64,000 nt of DNA, taken from assembly GCF_016432865.1 (NCBI RefSeq), contig NC_067403.1, positions 20,956,001 to 21,020,000 on the forward strand. The letters run 5' to 3'. Position numbers and translations under genes: made by a program. This document shows positions 23,701-37,569 of this stretch, one piece after another. How positions within the stretch are numbered: position 1 is the stretch's first letter; each line of letters starts with the position of its first letter. Source of the stretch: Antechinus flavipes. Lineage: Eukaryota. The notes beneath the pieces are model-generated. The model saw only the letters and a program-made list of their open reading frames with translations. It was not told the origin of the DNA and did not search any database.

Positions 23701-26479
23701 GTCCTAGAGACAAGATTTGGAGTTAGATTTCCTTGACTTTGAATCTAACATTTTATTCACACTATGCATACAATATCAACTCTCAGGGAAAATCCTCTCA
23801 TTACTCATGAAGCAAAAGAATGTCCAAGAAAAAGGTTCTCTGTGATATCAAAAAGATTCTTACATTATTGTTATGATTCCTTCTATTCGATTCAATAAGA
23901 ATTGGTTATAAATTCTGATCAAAACCCTCCAAAGTCTTCACCCTATACTAGGGATTAAAGATTGTGTAACAGAGCCAAATCTGGCCTCTTAATCATAGTT
24001 TATCTATGTCTCATAGTTGACTTAATCCTGCTATTGACATACGTGGGGGCTCTGGGGCTTCATTACATTATCTGTTAAAAAAGAGAATGTTCTTGGTGAC
24101 TGGAATATGGAATTTAAAATGGCATCAAGAAACAAAATATATTTGAAGTTTATAGTTTTAATTTGTTTTATTTCTTTAATTTTGGGTTTTTTCTTTAAAA
24201 GAATTTCTGACTTCCAAAAAAAACCCAAAAAAAAAACACTTGGTGTTCATTTTGAGCTCTTTCTGCTTTGCCCAGTCTAATCTCAAAGTCTTTTGTTTAT
24301 ATTTGCATTTCAATGCATTAAAAGTGATGGAGATTTGGATGTATGTGTTCAAAGCTCATTCCTGTTTTATGGGGGTTATAGAACTGTCTTGCTTCATTAA
24401 TGAACACAGAGATTTCAGACTATAGAACAGAAATCAAGAATTTCACGTTAACTATATACATATTCTGGCCATTACATTCTGAGAAGGGAAGAGAAGGAAA
24501 AAGAGGAGGAGACAAAAAAAGAGGAGATAAAAGAATTCTATCTAGATCATGCAAAAGGTGATTAACTAAACTATACATGTTTAATATTCTGTATCTTTTA
24601 TGTCTTTTTTTCAAAATGCTTCCACTTTTTGTTATAGTTGTGGACATTTATTTATTTAATTTTAAGACATTTGTCTTTGTTATATTTGCAACCACTTTGA
24701 TGTTGAGAAAAACAGAGTTTTCCCAGGAAGAGGAGTTTAAGTGAACAGGCTGAACAATTTTTGTATTTACCTCTCTTCCACCCACTATTATAGTTAAATC
24801 CTTGTAAAAATTAGGGAAACTAACAGTTGTGTGATTATAATGGAAATTTAAGTGTTTTGTGATGGTTTTATATACTTAAATAATTTAAGTGTATGTACCT
24901 GATTTCAGGTTTACAGAACTTCCTCAGGAGGGCACTATCAACTACTTACAGTTTTCCTTATTCTATTAACGCCCTTTCAGGTTTATTTTTACTAAAACTT
25001 TATTTTGAAGTAAACCATGAAACCTACATTATACACAACTCCCATGCTGTCATGCTACTTTAGAATGCAGTAGCAGTTGTCTTTCTGAATTACTCAGTAT
25101 GCTCATTTTTGACGCCAGTAGCCAAGGCAGCCATCTTTTAATATTGATGTATTCCATTACTTGTAGAAAGGGAATATCTGTTCTTGGGTGAGTATTTACC
25201 TATTAGAATTATTGGAACCGATTCATGCTCTAGGAATTTGGCAAGGATTGCTAGTTCATTTTTCCTTTGAGAAGTCAAAAACAGGAATTTTAATTTTAAT
25301 CACAAAATGATCTTGGTTAACCACTGAGGGCAGAAGGGGAAGATGAGAAAATATGTCAATAATGATGTATGTCATATACCTTTAGAGTGTCTAATTGAGG
25401 AAAATAAAAATGTTTATTCTGAAGACTCATCCCAGATAGATACGAGGCATATGCATTGATTCAGTGCTAAGACACAAGATAGAACAGATGTAGACATTGA
25501 ATGTACATTAGTCCTAGACACTAGAGCAGAGCTACAGAGGGACATAGACATAGAATGGATAAGAATTATATTGTAGGGGCAGTGTACCTTGGAAAGAGTA
25601 ATACGTAATGAGAGATGCACCATTGGAATAAAGATCTGAGGCAGGGAGAAAGATGCCCCTATGATTATTTCTTTCAGGTGGACCAACTAAAAGGCAAATG
25701 AGAACAAAATTCTCAGGGCACCGGAACATGTTGTTCTCAAGAAAAGAAGTGATGTTGCTCTTTTATATATTCTCTTATCTTTGCTCTTCTTCCAACATAA
25801 CAAAGATGTCTCAAATGATAGGAAAGCCAACAGAGTGAGGGGAAGTAATGGTTGTGGGGGGAAAAATTGAGTGAAAAGTATAAAGCAGTCATGGCCCAGG
25901 GTGACTATTATAGATGAGAAGAAGCCACAAGAATCAGTAAGATGCTGAGAGAGCCAATGATTGTCTATGTACTTTTGAAAAGCATATCATCAGCAAGATG
26001 CTAGTGGGTACATGCAGAAGAAGAATAATTAGATGTTTAAGTTTTGACTCCAGCATCCATCCCTAGTCCAAAGTTCAAATATAGGTTAATTTAATTTATT
26101 TATTTATTGTGTGATGAAGGCGGTATCATGTGCTGATTAAATTTTCAGCCCTGGAATAAGCTCCTTGGCTGCTTTCTCTCCTTGATGCTGACTTTCTGTT
26201 TCCTTTAGGAAATTAAGTAAACTGCCTGTGCCATCAGCTTACTTAAAATAATGCTTCTCCTGTTGTCTGTGTCCATAAAACTGAAACTGAATTCTACTGA
26301 AGAGAAGTTGCCTTTTAGGCTCACTATAACTCTAGTGTGTAGGATGGTGATTTATGAACACCCAAAGTGACTCCAAAAAAAACAAAGCTGGACAATAATT
26401 CCAGTGCTATTTTCACTATTAAAGTAATATGGATCTAGGCCAATAGGTGCTTAGGAATATATAGTTGGAAAAATCTTAC

Positions 26480-26600
26480 ATTTAATCTATTTAATTCACC
26501 TCCCTATGCTTTACAGATGAGGAAATAGACTGAGAAATATTAAATTGTCAGATGTTTGATTGCCAGTTAGTGGTAGAACTGAGCCTAATATTTTCTATTT
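26480..26600 (-). mobile_element. MIR/MIR3 core
   Basis: 'ttacagatgaggaaatagactgagaaat'. Confidence 0.6.
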
Positions 26601-27329
26601 AAAGCTTCTATACCCAACTACCTTTTCCTGGCTTAGTTACAACATCTGTCAGAAAACTATATAAATGTATATCCAAATCTAAAATGTTTCATTAGCATCT
26701 GTGAAATGATTGATGTTCACTATTTTATAAAAAAGTCTTTTGAAGATATAAAATTTTTATGCATTAAACTTTATTTTCCATAAAAAATTTTATAAAATGC
26801 TATTATTCATTTGTGTACTTCTGCATACAAAAAATATTTAAAAATAGTAATTTGTATGTATAGATTTATACAATCTTAAGAGAATTTTGGTTTAATTTGG
26901 GAATAGACACAAATATTCAAAATACCATCATTCAAAAATCATTTCTTAATATATACTTGTTAGATTAAAGATAAAATACAGAAAAGCTGCAACGTCTAGC
27001 TTATATGAACTAAAAGTCTACTATGGGATATGATACAAAATTATATTTAAAAAATAATGTATATGTACACATAAAAAGAAATGCCAACACATATCTATGA
27101 CTTAAGGGGAGGTCTTTGGAAATAGAAGTGGATTGAAAAGCATAGAGACTAGATGATTAACTTAAGGTCATGGCAAATATTTGAGCTTATGTTTTCCTAA
27201 CTTTAAGCCAAGTACTTCGATCTATTATACCACAATGTCTCGCTGTACCATAAAAATGAAAATGAATTGGTTTTGGAACTGGGCGTATGTGTTGCAGGAA
27301 TGGTCATTGATGATGAGTAACATCTGTAA

Positions 27330-28330
27330 AGAAAGACCTCACAAAAGAAACGTATTAATTGGGATATAAAATATGGGTAGGAATTGAACAGGCAGAGATA
27401 ACAGCAACCCGTGACTTTACTAGACTCAGGGAATGAAGTGAATCAATATATTAGCACCCAGAAGACCAAACATGGTGTAAATGGGACAGTGAGTTATGTT
27501 GCTTGCCAGGAATATAAAGTTAATGGAAGGAATACTGTGATCTGAGACTAAAAGGTAATTTGGCATTACACTGTCAAGAGCCTTGAACGCTGAGTTGAAG
27601 AATTTTTATTTCGGTAGACAATAAGGAGTTACAAAAGGTTTTTTGAACACAGAAAAGAATGACCAGTTGGATGTACAAACATAAGTCCTTTGGCAATGGA
27701 TCAGTGAGAAGATAGATGGAAAGTCGGAAACTTTAGGAGGTGATAGTGGTGGATCAGGTAGATGGTAATTAAAGGAAAATGCTAGGGTGGCTGTGGGACA
27801 GGATTGAGAGAAAAGCAGTGGGAAATTTTTAAAAATGAGAGAATAATGGAATGATGTCGGCATTGACGGAAATAGTGAAGCCAAATAGAAACAGTAAGGA
27901 TTGATGGGGAAGATACTGAAACTATTTGGGACATGTTGATTTTCAAATCCGAACAGAAACGTTCTGTTGGTGTGGAAGCTGTGGATCTCAGTAAGCCAGA
28001 GCTCAGGAAGCCAGGGCTAGACATAGTTGTAGAAGATATTTGTACAGATAATGATAGATAAAGCTATGCAAATGAAAAAAAGTATATCTAGAGAAAGGGG
28101 GAGAGAGAGATAAAGACAGAGTCTTGTAGAATACCATCTCTGTTCCTTCCCTGGCTGTTATCTTAAAGATGTAAAAAATGGAAAGTAGAGATGGAACAGG
28201 AGTAGTTAAAGAAATTAGATTTACAGGAATATTCAGTATCTCTGAAATCTGGAGAAGAGAGATTACCTAGAAGTAAGGGACTCATCTATAGGGTCAAATA
28301 CTTTTAAGCTAAAATGAAATATTTATTTAA
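27330..28330 (-). mobile_element. Decayed L2 LINE
   Basis: 'gagccttgaacgctgagttgaagaattt', 'tttgggacatgttgattttcaaat', 'gagctcaggaagccagggctag' follow reverse L2. Confidence 0.8.
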
Positions 28331-31300
28331 CAATTGATGGAAAGAGATAAAACAAAAGTATAATATGCATAGTAAAACTCTTCACACACAGTGGTATTAG
28401 TAAGTTTTGTTGATGTTACCACCAGCATTTTAAATTCAATTTCCTTCAAATATTTGAATGTGCTGCAGTTTTTGGAAGATGAGCCTAATTTTAAAAAATG
28501 TTAAAATTCTCCTCTGACCTCTAACTTTTTTTTTTTTTTACAACAGATGTCCAATTGGTAACAATATGTGTTAAGATGGATTAGTGAGGTCCTTGAGGAA
28601 TACACTAAAGAATAACTTACCATTTCAGTGCCTTTTTTTCTTATTTCTTCATGATTTGTTCATTTGACTCACCCATCTTCAATTGAGGGCAAATTTTGAA
28701 ACAACAGCAACAATGTGCTCCATTGGACAGTGGAAGTTGGCCCTTTTTCAGGCTTAATATTTGAAGCATATGCAAAGTCATATTTAATGACATTTGATCT
28801 TATATAATTGTATCTGAGCCAAACAATTGCCAACATATAGATAACATACAGAGAGTATTTATTGAGCACTTACTATGTGCACCAATAAAAGCAAGCAGGA
28901 CAGTTTCTTCTCAGAAGGTATGGTACTTATAGTTTAGTAAATAAAAGCCAATGAATAAAAGGTAACTGAAAATGGCAGAGAGAGAGTAGGAACAAGGTGA
29001 AATGAAGGTCTAACCTATCAGAGAGCTCCTCCCTCAGAGCCCAGAGTCACTCAGGGTTCTGAAGGGGATGAGATGAAACTGATAACATGGTTTAGAAATT
29101 TAATGCTTAGGAAATTATTTTGTTATTTTCTTCCCTCTTGCTATCATGTAAATTTTTGAATATGTAATGAGTTAATTAAATTAAATTCTTTCTAAGTCCA
29201 TAATTTCTAAATTTCAGAATCCGATTCTACTTCAGCAATTACAAGGGCATATCATCTAGGTAGAGAAGTTTTAAAAAATATAATAAAGCCAAATACTTCA
29301 GTATTTCTTTTCTCTAAGATTCTGTCCTTCAAGACCTCTTTAAATCCAGATACATAGATTATGTTTTATTTTTAGAAAAGCAAATTGAGTTCAGCCTCCT
29401 CTGCATCATTAGATAAATTTTATTAAGTATACAAATCTATTTTTGTGATGTAGCAGTTGTGTGCTTTTTACAAGGCACATGTCATGTCAAATATACGTTA
29501 AATAGCGGTGTCCTAAAAGTGTCTGAATACTATAGAAATAGACCCAAAAAAATGAGGCTTCAATGCAAAGTAATAAATAATTATATGCTAAGTGATGTGA
29601 TGAAAAGTAGTAGGTGAAGAAACTTCAAGTCTGTTTAAATCAGAGAGAACTATTTATTGATTTGTAGTTATTCAAACATAATCTGTGTGTCTATCCCTCT
29701 CTGTCTCTCTATGAGTCTGTTTATTTTTCTCTTCTTAGGAAGGATCCAATTATTTTAGGAACCCCAATTATATGCTAGCATTTCCTGTCATAGCTCTGTC
29801 ATCAGGAAAGATTGCAACACTGCAACCAATCTTTCTTTAAGATCACAGATTACTAATGGATATAAATAAAAGCACTTTCTAATATACAATACAAGATTTA
29901 CTGCTAGTCCTTAGGCTTGATGCCAGTGTGAATCTTTCCATGTCAGTAGGTTCCAAGACTAATTTGCTGTGATTAGCAGGGAATTACTTTGCTGACTTCT
30001 TATTCACTTATGCAAAGACAGACGTCTTAATTCCAACTGGTTGACTTTATGTGGGATGAAAGTTGAATTCAACAAAAGTGGTCAGAAGCATTAAGCTTTT
30101 ACTTCCATCACTTTGTGATGGTTTCTTATGCCAGATAGTCCCTCATTCAGGGGAAAGCTTCACAACTGGGCTATGTATAACAGAAAACAAAGGAGAGAAG
30201 AGAGAATTTAACTTCTCCTGTAGTGGTATAGTTATTGATCAATAAAGGAAATACACATAGCCCAAATGGAGGAAGTTGTTCTTCCCCAAAGGCATAGCAA
30301 GAACACTCAAACGACATTAACCTATCAAAATATTCTCTGCATGTCTTAACTAAAAAAACAACAGAATAAGGTTTAAGGGAGGATGGACTCGTAAGGAGAG
30401 ACAAGAGTGATTCTAATTCAAGTAAAATTGAAAGGATATAGAAGAAGCAAACCATGAACACATTTGAAAGTGAATTTTTATACTCCCTCAACTCAGAAAT
30501 AATTGTGATTCAGTGCACTCAAGCTGAAATGCTGATGGAGGTAGCTTTTAGGGCAAGGTCATTTGAAAGATTTAAAGTCATTCAAATATTGATCAGCCAA
30601 GACTGTTCGTTCAAAAGCCCTCTTTTCACATCTTGTCAGCATGTAACTTAGAAATTCAGAACTGCGGATTATAGAAGCAGACATAAAGGGATGGTTAGAG
30701 GGAAGCTTTCTTGGGAGATGTGGTCAGGCAAACTACAGATTTCAGGAGCGAGCCTTTTGGTCAAGCCAAGAGCAATGAGTCAGGTACAGGAACAGGAGGA
30801 GAGTCCAGTGATTAGTTATCTCCTTCTCAGAGGGAGTCTGAGCTGCAAAAGGTGATATGTCTTCACATCATATTCCTTCTGGAAGGACTCTTGGTCTGCA
30901 ATGGCCTCAAGGTTAAACTCCAGGAGGTAGAAACCGGGAAGGCACCCTGCAGGCAAGTTATTACCCAGTACCAGAAAAATATCTGGTTCATTAAACAGCT
31001 ACTCTCAATGTGACCCCTTTAGATATTTAGATTCTTTGGGGGGTTCTGAGTTGAGAATAATAGTATTTTAGCAGGAAAAAAGAATAATGTTATATCTGAT
31101 GTTGCTTTTTATTTACCAGTAGAGGCAGTTAAAAATAGAATATATTATTAGGATTACTTTTCCCCCAGAATCTGAATCCAGCACTGACATTTTTATAGAG
31201 GGTGAAATATAGTTTGGTGTTTGATAGATGTTCAAGTCACAGCAGTATCTGAGCGGATATTTTCTTTTGCCACAGTTCTTGAGTTAAGGACCCATGATTT

Positions 31301-31710
31301 AACTTTCATGCCCTAGTTTACTAATTAAGTTCTTAGGCATTATTAGTAAGCACAGCAAGCAAGAGAACCTCAGTGTGGACTGCTAATCTGTTCCTAAATC
31401 TTAGTGAGAAAACATTTATGATCATTTAAAAGAAACATGAACTTTGCATTCTTGACCAGTCATAGAAGGTGCATATGGGCAGCAAGGAAGGTCTTTATAC
31501 TTGACCCTTTCTTTGTATTAGCCAGAAAGTAAGATATGTACAATTATTTCTACTATTGTGTTGTGATTTGTGGATCACAGCCATGCGTTAGTTCCTGTGA
31601 TAAATGCCTGATGAATGAATTAATGGATATATCTCCCATAGTTTTTAATCCATTTCCCATAATGTCATGTTCAAAATATAATAACATATGATTAAAATCA
31701 GTCAAGAAAG

Positions 31711-31995
31711 ACAATGTGGGATTGGTGGAAAAAGTAATAGATTAGTAGTTTGGAGAACTAGTTTTAATTTTGGCTTTGTAGCTGATTGGCTCTATGACCC
31801 TCTGATTCTAATTTTCATCATTTGTAATATGAAAGAGATGTTTTTAAAAAGGCAATGCAGAATCAGTGAGAAAAGTAATAGATTAGTAGTTGGATAACTA
31901 GTTCTAATTTCGGCTTTGTTGCTGACTAGTTCTGTGACCCACTGGTTCAATTTTCATCATTTATAATATGAAGGGATTAAAAGAGATGTTTTCTA
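31711..31995 (+). repeat. Tandem pair of MIR3-like units (period about 141 bp)
   Basis: 'aaagtaatagattagtagtt' occurs at 31731 and 31872, each followed by near-identical CORE-like sequence. Confidence 0.85.
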
Positions 31996-33524
31996 AAAGA
32001 TACTTTTCAAATGACTTTGAAACAGAAAACAAATATTTGATTCAATTGTATAATACCACAAACCAATCAAAAACACCATGATCTATCTTTTTTCTCCGAT
32101 GTCCTAAACAATAAACCTGGATAATAAATGTGCTGAAATATTAGTGGAATTATCCTGTATTCATTTTTCCAATAACTATTTCCACTTTTTTCAAGTTGTT
32201 TTTAAAATTATATACTTTGTTCCAAGTTATACTTTTGAGAAATAGTTTTAAAGAATTGGACATTTCTGCAATACTTCAAGAAACCTGTGGTTCCTACAGA
32301 AACAAGCAACGTATCCAATGGCACAGATGTATTCACAACCTGAGGCAATGTTTTTTCCCCATATAATTCATAAAATTCATTTCACCAATTGTATTAGGAA
32401 GATGACTGATCATTTTCTTTCTGTTATAAGTAGGATTTTATAAACTAATTACAATACCTATAATCATATTCTGAATATAGGAAACTATTATTGATCAAAT
32501 ATTATATTGAAGATATTAATTTTTTTAAAGTGTTGAAATGGGGTTTTTGACAACCCTGATCTTGTCATGTTCGTGACTTGGTTTCAAAGCAAGTGAAAAT
32601 TGGAACATCATCATCATCATTGTCACTTGAGAATCCATCTCCACTGAGCTGGATCCTTTCTCATTGTATCATGGGACATCAAAGATTCATAGACTGTGAT
32701 TTGAAATTCATAATGCATCTGATAAATGTTTATTTTGTACTTTCTAGAATTAGTAGAAACAATCTGTACTAAGGCCAAATCAAAGAATATTTTATCTTGA
32801 AAATGACTAAAAGTTAACTTGCTTCTTCTACAATCTGTGAGATCGAGTCATCTATGGTAGCCACCTGGATTGCTTGAATTCACCCTGTTAATTTAAGGGG
32901 AAAATGGTATCTCAAAGAATAAAAATCCAAGTGAACAGTAGCAACACAAATCATAGCAAACATGAGCGAGTCTGAAAGATGTGTATATTCGATTATGAAA
33001 GAATGGATGTTTGTTTGGGACACACTGCAAACTCTGTTGAAGATGGCTGGCTTGTGGTGCTGCCAGCAGCTCTGACTGTATGGATTATGTGTGACACAGG
33101 AGTCACTTGTGTAAGATGCCGCTTGGAATGCTTTTCACATCTCTCTACAATCTTTGGAGTCATGGAATCTAGTTCAGAATATATCGAGGAGAGGAACACA
33201 CAAAGTTAATATATTTATACCTTCTTTCTTCAGAATAAGGATTTTCTCTTTTTAAAATATCATATCTATTTTTTTCTGTTTGCATTTAACTTGTTTTGTC
33301 CTTCTCTTCTATTGTTTTTAATTCTATATGTTAATACTATGTTGTTTCCAATTACTTTTCCTTCAAAAAGAGACTTATTTTATTTGGCAGTATTTCACTT
33401 TTTCTTTTTTTGCAAAAATATTCTTTCTAGAGTCAAGCCAAATGTCCTCCTTACTCTTTACTCCCATCCCCATAAAGTCAAGTCCTTAAAAGGAAGTAAT
33501 ACTAATTATTATTCATTGTGAATC

Positions 33525-33725
33525 TCTGTGTTGTTGTCATTATTATTTAGTTATTTCTTAGTATCTAATTCTTCATGACCCCATTTAAAGTTTTCTTGGC
33601 AAAAATACTGGAATGGTTTGCTATTTCCTTCTCTTGTGAGTATCTGAGGCCAGATTTGGAATCAAGAAGATATTTCTGATTCTAGCCCTGGCATTCTATA
33701 CACTGTACTTACTACCCAGTTGCCC
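33525..33725 (-). mobile_element. MAR1-type SINE with internal deletion
   Basis: 'catgaccccatttaaagttttcttggcaaaaatactggaatggtttgctatttccttctc' joined directly to 'tatctgaggccagatttgga'. Confidence 0.8.
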
Positions 33726-36269
33726 AGGGCTATATATGCATAATGTCAAAAATGGGATAACATATGAAAGCTGAAAGCACCCGCATGGTTTTTTTTTCCT
33801 TTTTCTTTTTCTTTTTCTTTTTCTTTTTTTTTTTGCCTTTATCCCCTTTCTAAAATAAAATAATGTCAAGGCTCTTAATGGAACTCTTTCCCTCTAGTTT
33901 TTCCTGTGTCTCATCCAGCCTATACACTAACATCATATTAATCTCCCTAAAATGATACTTTGAGCATGGTTTTCCCACTATCAGGGGAAAGAAAGTCTTA
34001 AATTCTTACAGGTTAATGTCCAACTACTGTATGTTCATTCTGTTCCTCTTCCCTAAAACGCTCCATCCCAATCTCCTGCCACCTGTCTGAATCTTACCAA
34101 ATCTTTAATGTCTCAAAGCTCAGTGCAAGCTAGGCCATCTCTAGGCTTTTTTTTTTTAAACTATGCAAGTCCACAAGAATCCCTTCATACTTAGAAATAT
34201 TCTAGCATTCAATATCTAGAGAAGTCTGTTATTCTTCTTCCTAAAGAAGCATATGTGTATAAGCGTATAGTAAAGATCTTGTCAAAAATAAAATAGTTTT
34301 AACTTATCACCTGAATACAAATCCCTTTTATTTACTAGCTACATGACTTTTCTAAGCCATGTTCCTGTACCTTTGGGCATATATACATGTGGAAACACAC
34401 ACCTGCCATATCCAGTCCCTTTTTGTGTCCAGTGATATTGCTAAATTTGTAGATGTAGTTAGCCAGTAGTTACCATCAGGAAACACAGAGAACTAAGCAT
34501 TTAAGTTTTAACCATTATAGAGAAGGGTAGAGGGACAAGTTCAAGACATTAGGCTCTGAGGAAGTATGAATTGAAAAAAAAAAGGCAACTGTGCAAGGCA
34601 ATTTGAACAGGCAAACTCCACAGCTATTTAAAAAGGGTCAATATACTTTATTGATTGACACAAGTGAAGGAGCATATTTGACTCGGGAGAGGGAAATCTG
34701 GCCCTTTCAATATTTGTGATGAATAGAGTGCATCTGGAGTGTAGAGAAGTTCACCTGTACAGAAGATGGAGCATTGTTATCCAGTGGGTGAGTTTATATA
34801 TTGATTCAAGGTTGCTATCAGAGGGTAAGAGTCACTGGCTCTCTTTTTAGTTATTCCATCCTGTGACTTTTAACAATTCTAGACAGCAAGGCTGCTAGCC
34901 ACTATAGGGTTCAAACTTGTGGTTCTGCTGGGATATTTTCTTTCCTTTCTATTCCTCCATTTTCAGTTTAGAAAGATGCTCCTCCTAGAGACTGTTAAAT
35001 GTACTTCATCGCTAGCCAGAATCCAAGGTGGTAATGAATCAGTGTGGCCTGTATCAGGAAGAGTGACTGGACATAAAGTCTGTTACCCAGATTTGTGAGT
35101 GCCTGAGGAGTGTAGCTAGCAAGAGCTGTGACTATTTGTTGGGATTATGTACAATTCTAGGAAATAGTGATGTGTCATGTGAGAAACAATAGCAAACCCA
35201 AAAGATTCTATGTGTGAATGATTCAGTTCTGAGCTTCTCCTCATCTCCACGGAAATACAAAAGAATAAGTGAGTGCAGAGAGATGCAAGCAGATTCAAAG
35301 ATCTGGCCATGAGATTGAAATCAGTAAGAAAGTGAGCCAGACCACAGCACAAATGAACTGCACTGACTGTGCTATATTTGTGTGTTTTCAAATAACTTGT
35401 GCTTATAGGACATAGGTCTCTGGTTTATCAGAGAACATAAGCTAGGTTTTGAAAAGATGGTGGAAATGCTTCAAGTTAAAAACAGAAAAAAATCAATAAA
35501 TAAAATTTTAAAAATAAATAAAAAGGAAAACAATTCTCCAAAAGAGACAGAGAATATCATGACTTTGAAAAGAAAGGGAAGGAGCACTGAACCACAGGCA
35601 TGAGGCTTGTCCAGTAGGAGCGAGAGACATAATGTAATCTTTGGAGAATGATGTGGTTTTTTTTGCTCCACAGAATGATTAAGAGAATTCACTTATTCTG
35701 TCTGGTGGGAGCTTATCCAGGATTGGTCACGAGAAGAAGCGAGTCATAATGGTTAGGAATTCCCCAATGAGGAGAATACCAAGACAATCATATTTTATTC
35801 TGAACAGCCAGAAGAAAAGGTTTCTTTCTAAGGAACAGACTTAGCATATAACTATTCTATAGAACTAAAGACTAATGTCCACTCATTGATGGATAAAGGA
35901 TAAATGTTCATTTCTATGTCCTGTGAAATAATTTGAAGACTTCAAGAGATTTAGATGTTGTTTGCTTCTTTTTTTCATTATTGCTGTTAAATTCAGGGAC
36001 TTCAGAAAAGTAATATGGAAACTGAACAATTGATTAAGAAGAGAATATTGAAGAACATAATCTTGATTTATGGACCAGAGCTTAAGATATAGAAATAATG
36101 GACTCTTAGCCAAAAATATCATATTTTAGGAAGAAGGCATTTACTTGGACACTTGTGGATGAGATAATGATGGCTTTTTAAAAGAAGATAAAGGGAGAAA
36201 AATGACCATTGAAATAACCAAGTTGTTAGCAGCAATGGCATATCAATTGAATAACGTATGGGAGTTATC

Positions 36270-37060
36270 AATAAAGAATCATTTATTGAATCCTACTTGG
36301 GCCAGGTTTACTTACACTAAAAAGTAAACACAGAAATACAAAGAATGAAATCACCTCTGCCCTCAAGCAGCTTATATTCAACAAGGCAACAATTCTCTAT
36401 CTTGCACAGAGGGAGCTTAGTGGCCATCTACTCTAATTCCTCTTTACATGGATGGAGAAACTAGCCACATGCAAGTTAATTGACATTCCCAGGGGCATGC
36501 AATGAGTAAGCATGAGAAACGTATTTGAATATCCATCCTCTGACATTAGGCTTCCTCATGAACATGTTGATATAAAATAAATAAATACAATAATTGAATG
36601 AAGGGCAATAGCAATTGGCTGGATCAGAAAAGCTCCAAGCAGAATGTGTTTCTTGAACTGAATCTGCAAGACAGATGAGATCTATGAGAGGACTTTGAAT
36701 GTGCTGAACAGTTTATAGTGCAATGAAAGTGGTTTATTTTGATGCAATGAATGGAAAACAAGACAACTAACTGGGGACTTTTGGAAACAAGAAAGCATGG
36801 ATATCAGGTTATTAGCGAGCACCTGAACTAAATATTGAAGGAAGATAAAAACTCTAAAATGTATAGGGGAAGAGAAAGTGCATTTGAGGGATGGGAACAA
36901 ACTCATGTGAATGTCTAGTGGTGGGAAGGAAGTGGACTTCAAGAGCTGATAAATATAGTTTGGCTACAATATAATGCCTGGCAAGGGAAGGAGTGGTCTG
37001 GGGTAGGTTGGAAAGTTCCTGGCAGGCTTTAACAGTCACACTGAGGAGTAAGAATTTTAT
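36270..37060 (-). mobile_element. L2 3' pieces interrupted by a MIR3 fragment (about 36400-36550)
   Basis: 'catttattgaatcctact...ctgccctcaagcagcttatatt' is the reverse L2 end; further reverse-L2 text lies at 36640-37060. Confidence 0.6.
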
Positions 37061-37569
37061 TTATTTACATGGATATGATAAAATAAAATCTTTGGTGCTT
37101 GGAATAGGTCATTTTCCTAGATATTTCAAACTTGTCACATTATCGCTTGATCCTTAAGAGTAGAAACTAATGAATGTATAAACAGATGTCTTTTCTTTCT
37201 AAATTTTTATTGCCCCCTTCTCCCCCATTCCTTCAGTTTGAAATATCAGGTTTATCCAAGGCTAACTGAGCCATTTTATTGTTTGAAGATAGTGAATTTC
37301 AGGCTAGAAAAAGAAAACAGTTTAGAATAAGGTTCTTTTAGTTGAATCATGAAATAAACATTGAGGACAAGGAAATGGTATAAATCTCAGAGCACTTAAA
37401 AATGGTTCATTCTGTGATGTGGAAAATTCTGCTGGCTAAGAATCATCGTCTTGGTGAGCCACATAGCCAAATATTATTTTATGAAGTTCCCATGATATAA
37501 GCACAATGCATTAATCAAAATTCTGAAAGTGTTTTTTTTTTTTTAAGATTTAGAAATATGGACAAAAAA

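Noticed and set aside
25780-26000. Minus-strand 'LADDML' resembling an RT YADD motif
   Set aside because: The flanks do not sustain an RT alignment. The adjacent 'ILVA...IYNSHPG' looks more like a decayed L2 endonuclease region. Too weak to call either way.
28525-28800. Strong plus acceptor (ctaac-T-run-acaacag) and two minus-strand donors
   Set aside because: All frames stop quickly, the strands are inconsistent, and such motifs are frequent by chance in AT-rich DNA.
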